Under the pieces are notes generated by a model that was not told where the DNA came from, ran no database searches, and worked only from the letters and a program-made list of their open reading frames with translations. Position numbers and translations under genes: made by a program. From positions 6,386,001-6,450,000 of the forward strand of contig CM114271.1 in assembly GCA_050084515.1 (NCBI GenBank): a stretch of 64,000 nt of DNA, written 5' to 3'. The DNA comes from Blasia pusilla (Eukaryota). Positions 53,503 through 64,000 of this stretch are shown one piece after another (position 1 is the first letter of the stretch; every line of letters begins with the position of its first letter).

Positions 53503-56500
53503 TGTAACTCTCCAGCTCACGGAACCTCTCTAGAGTTGCTCAAAGGTGGAATGCCCTCAAGGCCTCTCCTCTTCCTTTATATACTTAGAGATAGGTAAAA
53601 TGAACACAAATTAGCTCTATCTATCCTTATGCCACATGTCCTACTCTCATAGCATGAGAGGATCTTCTTTGGAGTCTAATCTCCCAACCTTATCTTCCTC
53701 AACCTCATTCTTATCTTCCTTTTCACCAATCTATGGCCCCACTCTCATCTTTATCTTATGTATCTTGTCTTTTCTCTTTTTGGTTGATTCTTTCCCACTT
53801 ATGCCCTTCATGTCATAGATTCTAACTTAACTATGACTAACAAAGGATGGTTACAAACCTCCTCTCATTTAAGACATAACGTCCTCGTTGTGAGAACTTT
53901 CAAACTCTTGCACTATTAATGGTGCATTCGCCAAGTTGGTTGAGGGTTCCCATGTGGCCTCAAATAGTAGATATCCTTTCTATTGGACCAAATATTCAAC
54001 TTATTGGTGATGAGCTCCTTGAGTGCGTTTCTTCAAGATGCATTCCACTTCAAATTCTTCATGATCTCCGACTATTTGAGATAGTGGTGGAGTGAGAATA
54101 TTGTCCTTAAATCTCTTAGGTCATGGAATAAACGGTCGAAGAAGAGAGACATGAAACACAGAATGGATTTTCATATGCATCAGTAGGTCTTGCTTATACA
54201 CCACAACGCCCACTTTTTGTAGGATAATGAAAGGCCAAATATGGCGAGGATTAAGCGTATGGACTTTCACTAATGATAAATTGGTTGTTGCTAACCAAAC
54301 CTTGTCTCCTTCAAAAAACTCGACATCTCGACGATGAGCATCTACATGTTGTTTTTGTCGATTTTGAGTTGTGGCCAACTTCTCCTTAGCAAGTTGAACC
54401 CCTAACTGAATGTGGTCCACAAACTCATTAACTACATCTACCTTTGTAGGTTCCCTCAGACTTTTCCTTATTCGAGTGAGACTAGAAGGAATTGAGGGAT
54501 GCTTGCCGTGCATTAAAAAGAACGGTGTGGTCTTAGTGGAAGAGTTCATGGAGTTATTGTATGAGAACTCTACTAAGGGTAACAATGAGTCCCATCCTTG
54601 TTGATCCTCCAATGTTAAGGCGCGTAGCATATCCTTAATGGTACGGTTGGCCCTTTCAGTTTGTCCATCAATTTGAGGGTGATAAGTCGTAGACATGGCT
54701 AGTTTAGTTTGGAGCAATCCGAATAAAGCCTTCCAAAATAAACTCGTGAAATGGGTTCTCCTATTAGTGATAAGTACTTTAGGAAGACGATGATGGATAA
54801 AGACTGCCTCGATGTAGATCCTAGCTAACTCTGGTGCGGTCATAGTCTTCTTGGTCGGACGAAGGTGTATCATCTTGCTTAGTCTATCCACAAAGACCAA
54901 AATAGAGTCATATCTGTGATCGTACATGGTAGCTCACAAACAAGATCCATAGTGTCTCGTTCCCAATGTTTTTGAGGTATTGGGATCGGCTGCAACAATC
55001 CTGTTGGTTTTGTGTTACTAGCCTTGATTTGTTGACAAATCCTACAACTCCTTATATATACGTCAACATCTTCTCTCATTTTGGGCCAATAGCATGCCCG
55101 TTGTAATCCCTCTTAGGTTTTTTCAACTCCCATATGACCCGCAATGACTATGTCGTGAGCTTCAGATAATACTTCAGTGCGTAATTATGGATCTTGTGAG
55201 ATCCATACTTTACCTTTATGGAAAACCAATCCCTAAGCCTTGTATACTCTGTTGGCATGAATAGCAACTACAATTTCTTCATTCTCCTTTGTGGCTTTGG
55301 ATAACTTTTTCCACTCACTAGAGTGAATCTCCACTTCAGATATGTTATTCATCTGTAATATACGAGTCAAGGCGTGTGCCAACTGCTTCTTTCCTTCCAC
55401 ATAGACAATTTTCATCATGAATTGTTGTCGCCATTCTGCCCATCGAATTTGACGTTTGGAGAGCTCCTTTTGGGACTCTAAGAAGACCAAGGGCTTGTGA
55501 TCAATCTCCACTACAAACTCCTTATCGCCCCAGGAATGTTTCCAATGCTTGGTTTCCAACACAATAGCAAGTTCTTCTCGCTCATTTATATGGTAGTTTT
55601 GCTCCGCTGGCAATAGCTTGCAAGAAAAGAAGGCAATAGGATACCATCCATCCTCCCATTCTTGTTGTAGTACTCCTCCAATATTAGTACCTGAAGCATC
55701 TATGGCCAACTTGATGGGTCGATTAGGATCATACCACTTCAAAATAGGGGCTTTGATCAAGACATCCTTTAATGATTGAAAAGAAATCTCTTGTGATGTG
55801 CCCTAATTCCATTTTTGTCCTTCCCCTAGTAAAGCTGTTAAGGATTGTGCAATTTGGACAAAATCTTTAACAAATCTTCAATAGAATCCTATTAACCCCA
55901 GAAAACTCTTCAATTGAGTTTGATCCTCAGATGCACTCCATTTTTGGATCGCTTCTACCTTCTCACTCATCACTTAAATACTTTCTGCGCTTACTCGATG
56001 CCCTAGATAATCAACTTCTATCTTACCGAACTCATATTTTGAAGCTTTAGCATACAACTCATTATCTCTTAGGATTTGAAGGACTTCTGGTAGATGATTT
56101 ATATGCTCCTCTATCGTTTTACTATAGACTAAGATATCATCTAAGAATACAATAACAGACTTATCTAAATATGGACGAAAGATATCATTCATTAGGCCCA
56201 TAAAGATTGTAGGGGCATTAGTAAGACCAAATGGCATGACTAAGTATTCAAAGTGTCCATACCTAGTACGAAAAGCAGTCTTGTGCACATCTTCATTTGC
56301 AATTCGAATTTGGTTGTAGCCTCTACAAAGGTCAAGTTTGGTGAAGTATTTTGCTCCTTGTAGCTGGTCGAAAAAATCATCCATTCTTGGAGATGGATAT
56401 TTTTTTTTGACTATTTGTTGATTCAGTGCTTGATAGTCAATTCACAATCGCATGCTTCCATCCTTCTTTTTCACAAAAAGGACCGGGGCTCCATATGGCG

Positions 56501-58337
56501 AAATGCTTGGTTGGATGAAGCCTTTCCGCAACATCTCCTCCACTTGGGCTTTGCATTCTTCTAATTCTCTTGGAGTTAAGCGGTAAGGAACCTTACATGG
56601 TGATGTGCTTCTTGGAAGGATCTCAATCTTGTGGTCTACACTCCGTTTGGATGGTAACCCTGATGGTAAATCATTTGGGAATACATCTTTGTATTCTTCT
56701 AATATTTCTCTCAACTCGTCTAGTATCTTTGAATAATTTTTCAAACCACAAACATCTCTTATTAAACCTAGGAAACATACATCTTGATGTTTGATGGCGG
56801 TTTTTCCTATTGCATATAAGGGTAGGGTTCTAAGACGTGATCTGACTCTATCTGTGTAAAGCTTCCACTCTCGGGTCTTCACAATCTTTTTTCTCCAATC
56901 TACCTTTGGATTATAGTGTTCCATCCAAGGCATTCCCAAGATAACATCATAACGTGCTAACCTAATGACCTTCATCTCCAACTCTTCCAGATACTTTCCT
57001 ATCCTCAACTCTACCCTTTGAGGAAGCTTCTCAATCTTTTCTGTTTGCCCGTTTGGTAATCCTACCTCTTCTTTTTGATCCCTCTCTAAAGCTAAGCCCA
57101 ATTTCATAGTTATGGCTCTTGAAAGGAAGTTTTCTGTTGCCCCAAGATCAATCAACACTCTAACTTCGGATCCTTCTACTTCCCCATCTATAACAATGAG
57201 ACGTGTTTCTCCTCTCTTCAAACCATTTACCTCCACATGTTTTTGTCGACCCTCACCTTTCCTCCTTTTGTTAGAACCAGTATATTCGCGAGGCACGATT
57301 ATTGGTGGTTGGCATTTCCCTGAGGTCCGCCTTCTTTGTCATCTTCTTGTATATGTCCTCCTTCAAGATGATTAAGGGGGAGACGATATGGCCTATTTTT
57401 TAGCCTACAAAGATGATAATTCATGGCTATATGACCATATTTACCACACTCAAAACATTGGCGTGTATCTCTTTGGACTTCGAATTCTCTCCCTCCTCTA
57501 GGAACCCCGACCCTGTCGGTTTGAGGAACAATCCCTTGTATGTTAGGATTCCGATCTCTCTCCATTGGCAACCTTCCATTATACCTTCGCGGTGCATAAT
57601 CATCTCGTGCTCAAAGGTTATCCAACTCCATGGATGTGGGTCCGTAGTGGTTGTTCATGGAAGCAACCACCTCTCCTCCTCCTTCGTACACATTTGCCAT
57701 ACGTTGGGCACATGTGATTGCTTCATTGATATCTTTTGGATTGTCTCGAATCACCTCTTGACGCGCCTTCCTCTTCAACCTCTCTTAAACAGATTGAGAG
57801 CTTTTGGCCCACTCATGTCACGGATTTGTATCTGCAAGTCACGAAACTCTTCGATGTATTCCTCCATAGTGCCTTTTTGCTCCAGTCGCCATAATTTTAT
57901 TCTATCAGTGAGGATTGGATCCACAGCTTGGAAATTTTGCAGCAACCCTTGCTTCATTCCGCTCCATGTGATTTGTTGAGTTGTTTCAATCAAGGATCTC
58001 TCCCATCCTTGATACCATGTCAATGCTCGATCGATTAACCAAGATCTTACAAACATCCCTGCAATATGATCATCAATGTTGAAAAGGGATAAATGGATTT
58101 CCATCCGAGTGATCCAACCCTCTAATACACCTATGGCTCGACTTCTTTTGTACGGTTCTACCTTGCATGTCTTTATCATTTTCAATATTAATGATGCTTG
58201 AGCATTCATCTCTGTCACTCTTTGTGCTGCTTGGGCCTCCAATGCTCATGCCCTTAAGGTTTCGTCACTCTTCCCAGAAGTCACGACACTCGTGGTTTTC
58301 GTCTCCATCCCACCTATCGGAAGAACACACACACACA

Positions 58338-58376
<39 letters not shown>

Positions 58377-59479
58377 CTCATATTTCTGACCGAAGCAACT
58401 TCTTGCGCTAATTCTTGGACTTGGTTTTGACTTTGATCAAATGCAACTCTCAACTCTCTCAATTCATGAATCATATCCCTCAAATTTTCTTCCATGATCG
58501 CTCCAACTTTTCCTTGACCATTTACTATCACTCTAATATAAGATCAAGATATACACCTGCCAATTTCGCACAATAGGAACTACAAAAGGCAATGTTGACG
58601 CAATGACTTTATCATAATACTCTTGGCCAAACTTCCTCACCATAAACTCTCTATATGCTATCTTAAGTTGACAAACCACATGGACTATACATCGAGTGTT
58701 AAAAAATACTTGTGGGGGCCTATTCAAATCCATTCCCCATATCTCTTCTAAAATAATATATAAATAGTGCAATCCCACACACGATCATATGTAACAATAG
58801 GGAGGATCAACGGATAGCGAGACTCCATCACTTGCGTCATGAAAACTTCACCAAAGTGATATACGAGGTATCTCGTGAACCAGTGTCTATCTACATATAA
58901 GAGTTTGATGATGAACGGATTAAGAAACGGGAAATTATGATCCACTCTCGCTCCTCCTCCATCTATTACCTGCAAAACAACCCTTCCTCCTTTCTCTACT
59001 TGCAGCTCAATAGCCACTGCCAGCCTCTAACAACCTATCTACTCTAAACAATATATCATTTCTTGGTCATCCTTCCAAGAGGGATAATCCACTCTCGTTG
59101 GAAGAGCAACCTTGCTTTGATACCATTGTAACTCTCCAGCTCACGGAACCACTCTAGAGTTGCTCAAAGGTAGAATGCCCTCAAGGCCTCTCCTCTTCCT
59201 TTATATACTTAGAGATAGATACAATGAAGAAAAATTAGCTCTACCTATCCTTATGCCATATGTCCTACTCTCATAGGATGAGAGGATCTCCTTTGGAGTC
59301 TAATGTCCCAACCTCATCTTCCTCAATCTCATTCTTATCTTCCTTTTCACCAACCTATGGCCCCACTCTCATCTTTATCTCATGTATCTTGTTTTGTCTC
59401 TTTTTGGTTGATTCTTTCCCACTTATGCGCTCCATGTCATAGATTCTAACTTAACTATGACTAACAAAGGATGGTTACA
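53503..59479 (-). mobile_element. Full-length but inactivated Ty3/gypsy chromovirus: LTRs 59127-59479 (5') and 53503-53855 (3'); gag-PR-RT-RH-INT-chromodomain
   Basis: 353-bp TG...CA LTRs (about 19 mismatches by manual count), TSD GGTAG at 53498-53502 and 59480-59484, PBS TGGTATCAAAGC (59114-59125) and a polypurine tract next to 53855. Motifs are [42 protein letters not shown] and HPQIDGQTER. The chromodomain EEFEVECILKKR...YLVQ*KGY....TWEP lies at ~53900-54060. Many stops and frameshifts. Confidence 0.97.
58325..58372. repeat. Compound (AC)n(TC)n microsatellite inside the chromovirus gag
   Basis: ACACACACACACACAC followed by about 16 TC units. Confidence 0.95.
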
Positions 59480-62400
59480 GGTAGGCCGAATTTGATGGCA
59501 TGCCACTTATTTTAATTTGATCTCTCCACACCCTTTCTAAAATGGGGGATTGATTTTCTTTTGGACCTATCAAATCCAAAACATCTCGTTGCCATGAATA
59601 CTTGATCATGACTAGAGATTATATTACAAAGTGGTCAAGGAAAAATCGATGGCTTCCATTATTGTAGTAGCTACCACAAAATTCCCCTTTGAAAATATTA
59701 TCTCTCAACATGGTTTTCCTTTTGAGCTTGTTAGTGGCAGAGGTCAATAGTTTAGGAGCTACGTAGTTGATCAACTTACGCAATTTTATTTCATCAAGCA
59801 TGATCATTTGACTTGGTATTACCCACAGGAATATATATATATATATAGTCTTATGAAAGATTGCATAAAGAAAACCAATTTTTCTTTCTTTATTGCTATG
59901 CTTCATTCACTTAGTGTGTCAAGTTTCAAATTTGTGACGCATCTCTTCATCCTTGCTAGTGCTTTCTTACTCACCCTTCCTTATCATCAAAAGTCCATAA
60001 TTCAATATTAGAAACATGCCATCAAGTGTCTATACGGAGACGTTGATAATGGGTTTGCCAAAAAGATCAATATCTCATATGGTCCCTACTCATAGACTAT
60101 AATTTGTTCAATTATTTCTACGCGGGCAAAGTCGATTACAATCTTATAGCTTGCAAAGTGCTCTCAACAAAAAAGAGACACTAATTAACCGCCAAAGGAT
60201 GAAAGATTACAAAGATGGTATGAAAAAAATTGGGATGTGTTCTTGGCCTCTTGAATGAAGTCAATATTCTCGTACATCCTACTTCTCCTCCATTTGTGTT
60301 ATTTTGCTCCGTGTGTGAATTTTCAATATTTTTTCAATGCACTCCCCCATCCACTCTCCTTTCTCCTCTCCTCCCTGAGTAGCTCAAGCTCCGTCGTATT
60401 ATTCTCCATCCACCCCCATTTGCTCGTGTCCTCCCTTCCTCTCTTTTCCTTGGATGAGCTTTGAAACCATATTTGTTTTTTCTTCCCAAGGCTTGCATTT
60501 CTCCTCCTTCCATGTAGGTATATATATATCTTATGTTTTCCCTTCTCCCCTCCATGTCTCTTTGTACTTTCCTTTACCATCCACTCCTCCGTGTACTCAG
60601 TCATCCAACACATAACTTTTTGTAAAAATAAGAATTTTAAATAAAATTTTCACAAAATATTCATTATTATGATAAAAAAATTTAATTATAAAACATTCGC
60701 TATATTATCCATAAATATAACCCGGGCCGCATAATGATTACCGGGAGATTCCCACGAGTATCTCTCACTGGGTATCTTGTTATTATGCCCTACGGGCTAT
60801 TCCCATTCCGATCCTCGGGCATCACCGGGCTGCCCCACAAGCCCAACATGACACGCCTCAGTAAATAAACCGGTGGGAGAATTCGGGACCGAGGTCCTCC
60901 GTCCTAACAGGAGAGGCGACACAAACTTTCAACCGGTCGTCCCAGGAGTAAAGGCTGAAGGCTCTTCATCTGAACTTCTATAAGTGGAAAGGTGGCCGTT
61001 TCTTCCTTTCCTCTCTCGGTTGTCCACGTACTCCCCGCTCTCTCAGGGATCTGTTCCGTGGCAGATCTTTGTTGCCAGCGAGGCAAGCGGGTAGGTTAAG
61101 AAGACCAGAGCTCGAATCTGAGTCACCGCAGCTGACTCAGAGAAGATTTACACCATCGCCTTCGGTCGTAACAAAGCTTGCTTACTTACGTGCTAATTGG
61201 CAGGTCCGGTTTACGAGGCCGTGCCGTGTGAACTGATCTGCTGCTGCTGCCACGGGTCAGCCGTAATCGTATGGGGAAGTGCCGTGTGACTGACTGCGGC
61301 ACTCCCTGTGCCCGGTGTTGATGATTTCAGGCCAAAAGGATGGGAATGATTTATTTATTTCAAGAAATATAAAAATGAAAAATAGGTCATCTGAAAGTAC
61401 AAATGAATGAAAGATTCGGAAAGATTTTCATTTTCACCGGAGAAATACAATTATATACTAGAGCCTTTAGATTCCGACATATGAGATTTTCTTCCTAGAC
61501 ATTTTTGGTTTAGGGTTACTGGTAAAAATATTACCGGACTTAAAACTTCCAAATTGATGAAAAAGTACCTCGTGCATGAACGCAAACAATTTTGAATGCT
61601 TAGTAAAGAGTGGAAATAAAGGGCATGGTGAGTACCTCTAGGGAAAATGGAAATGGAATTATGTGAAAGAAAGTTGAGGGAGATAGTATGCGATCACAAA
61701 ATGTATAAAAATTATTTTAATACACATTATAACTTGATGGGATAAAATACTTGGAAGGAAGATGTCAAAGTAACACATTTGTGTACATTAGCAATGTGTA
61801 CAATGTATGGTATATTAACAACTTCTTATGAAAATCTTCTTATACACAATATTTTGTATTAATCACCTTCTTCGTTTGAATGCCTCTCACTTCCATTCAC
61901 CGCATGGATGGAACTCTTTTGACCTTTTTGAATGTAAAATACTAGAGAAAGTTGTCATAAGTAAAAGTCATCAAAGGTACAACTGAATTTCAATAAATGA
62001 AAACGGGCTACAACCCTTATGAGCTTACAATGCATGTCATGATGCCCTTGGAAAGGGGATATTGCCCTCTTTCTAGAAATATTAAGTTTCTAATTAAAGA
62101 ATATTTTTAAAATAAGAAATATGGAGTAAAATCTGCGTGTGTAGCATGAGGAATTTTGAGCTACCCAACTTTGCAAGAAGTTTTCATCCGCCCTACCATC
62201 ACTTGAATTTTCCAAGAGGTATCACTATCATCATGTATCATCTATGTTTATAAGTGATATTTTACCTTGTTTTCAAAACAAAAAAAACCCCATCTCTTCT
62301 TGGTCTAGTTTATCCTTGAAAGTTTTCATTTTGATAACCCAATAGGGGCACCCTATGTCTCCCTATCCACTCAAGTTCATGAACAAGGGATTAACTGTGA

Positions 62401-64000
62401 TGCGTGTTTGACCATGTTTCAAGTTTGATTTAAAGTACTATATGAGATGTACCTTGAAGAAATAATCAACGTAATCTGTTATAGATAAGTGATTGTGGAG
62501 AGGTTGGTCGAGGCTTACGGAAGAGGCTTCCCAAGAAGATGACACACACTTGAGAAGACTAGGACCCGACTAGAGCTTGGCGGCTTCTTGACTACTAATG
62601 GAATGCGCAAAAGGTCGAGTCTCAAGATCGACTTTTTCCTACAAATCTCAAGGTCGAGAGTGCTTTGAGATGAAGCAAGGAGGAGTAGAAGTTGTCCTAT
62701 ATGATGGCGAGCGACTTGGGGGAGATTGGTCAAGGTTGACTTCCAAGGGAGATTGTACGCACTTGGAGAGGCTTGGACTTGATTATCACTTAACAACTTT
62801 TCAAATACCTATGGAACTTGCAATGGGTCGAATCTTTGAGATTCAACCCAAGACTTCTACTTCCAAAGCTTAAGAAGGTATGTTTAAAATTAGTAGGTGC
62901 ATTTTTTGTTATTTCTAGAGTGTTGGTCTTCATGGACTCCATTAACTAAGTGACATTTGTTCCTCTAACATTGGAGGTTCTCTAATTTCCACAAAGCTTC
63001 CAATAAAACTGTATTTGAACCCCTTTTTTTTTGTATCCACGAAAGGTGATAGTGAGATGAGATAAGATAAGGTAAGATGAGGTGACAATCTGCTTGTTTG
63101 AGAAAGGATAAGTACCCCAATTGAATTGGAGGACGAGAAGTTGACTAATAGAATTGCCAAAGTGGAGGTTGATTTGAGAAATCAGAAGTCGTGAAGCTAC
63201 TTTAATGTGTTGGATGAAGCTGTCAATACTTTTAAGGGAAAATATGTTGGGAAGGTTAGTTTTTCCTTAGCTTACGTCTACTTTCCTTGCCTTAGCTTCA
63301 ATATTTTTGTCAAACTCTTTTGGAAACTATCTTTGGGAAAATAGCAATGGGTTGTAACTCCAAGCCTAATATCTTTAGAGGTATAGCTTCTCAAATCTGA
63401 AATTGAGAAAGCTAGAAATTTAGTAAGTGCATATCTGAATCTCTCTCGCTTTCTTCAAGCGATTGCTTTGACTCCCAAGACGTGCTAGATTACATGGATC
63501 CTCTTGGACCTTCGATACGCAACTCGTGTTTCAAGCCCACTCAAGACTCACGAGTCTTTCTTTGCTCTCCATCGTCGACTAAAGCCGAAAAAATTATCTT
63601 CTTTCGTTCCTTATCCAATCCATAAGGAGAAATGTGAAGAGAGATGTGAAGTGCATAGCAATAGCAAATTTTTTTGCCTTACATACAATTTCCTCTAATA
63701 CTTTTAGGTTTGCTAGTTCGACCTTAAGCTATTGAATTTCTAGAAAGCAAGGCATATAAGTAATATGCATGTAGCGATTTAAGTTTAAAAAACTAGAAAA
63801 AGAAATTCCATAAAAAATGAGTTTACATGACTCACTTATTGAGTTTTCGGTCATACTTTTGAATTGTGCTACTTGACGCGAGTGCATTGCAAGGGTGTTC
63901 TCACTAGTACACTTTACTAGAGATAGTTCCCTCTTCTTTAAGTGTAGGTCTTGAATAGAGTTTGTAATTTAATAATGATGCTAACTTGGACTTATGTGCT

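Larger units (their letters stand above)
51850..60230 (+). mobile_element. Old, heavily decayed Ty3/gypsy pol (RNase H-integrase; Athila/Tat-like), split by two later insertions
   Basis: RNase H-like remnants at ~52130-52450. Integrase fragments ILIKGILYQREKDDFLHHCL|, DHFSHRVAIWKTFKLE*YWP, |MPL..., KWGIDF.GPI, DYITKW and ENIISQHGFPFELVSGRG rejoin after removing 52715-53307 and 53503-59479. Confidence 0.7.

Noticed and set aside
57112-57979. Plus-strand ORFs of 87 and 188 aa
   Set aside because: Antisense shadows of chromovirus gag and protease.
62400-64000. Short ORFs in the last 1.6 kb
   Set aside because: CpG-depleted broken frames with no recognisable domain; probably old TE sequence.

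Overview
This is eukaryotic nuclear DNA from a land plant, probably a non-seed plant (inferred from protein and intron style). Short CpG-rich gene islands lie among AT-rich, decayed transposons. Three intron-containing host genes can be spliced by hand into complete ORFs: CDC48 (9 coding exons, 7506-12761 +), mitochondrial complex I subunit NDUFA12/B17.2 (5 exons, 28079-31626 +) and a ureide permease (7 coding exons, 40156-47101 +). There is also a tRNA-Ser(GCU) gene (14977-15058). The most unusual gene is a minus-strand membrane protein (main exon 16252-17142). It resembles the bacterial 'CAAX prenyl protease-related' (CPBP, TIGR03008-like) family, but its catalytic motifs appear replaced. 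Mobile DNA includes a decayed autonomous Helitron, a family of ~150-165 bp mini-Helitrons, two ~600 bp solo LTRs with 4-bp TSDs, a truncated Ty3/gypsy element, a full-length chromovirus (353-bp LTRs, GGTAG TSD) nested in an older gypsy pol, intronic LINE remnants and a MITE. The window also holds several fold-back duplications, an intron made almost entirely of an ~80-bp tandem repeat, and CpG-rich islands with no assigned gene. All family assignments come from recognising motifs by eye; no database searches were run.
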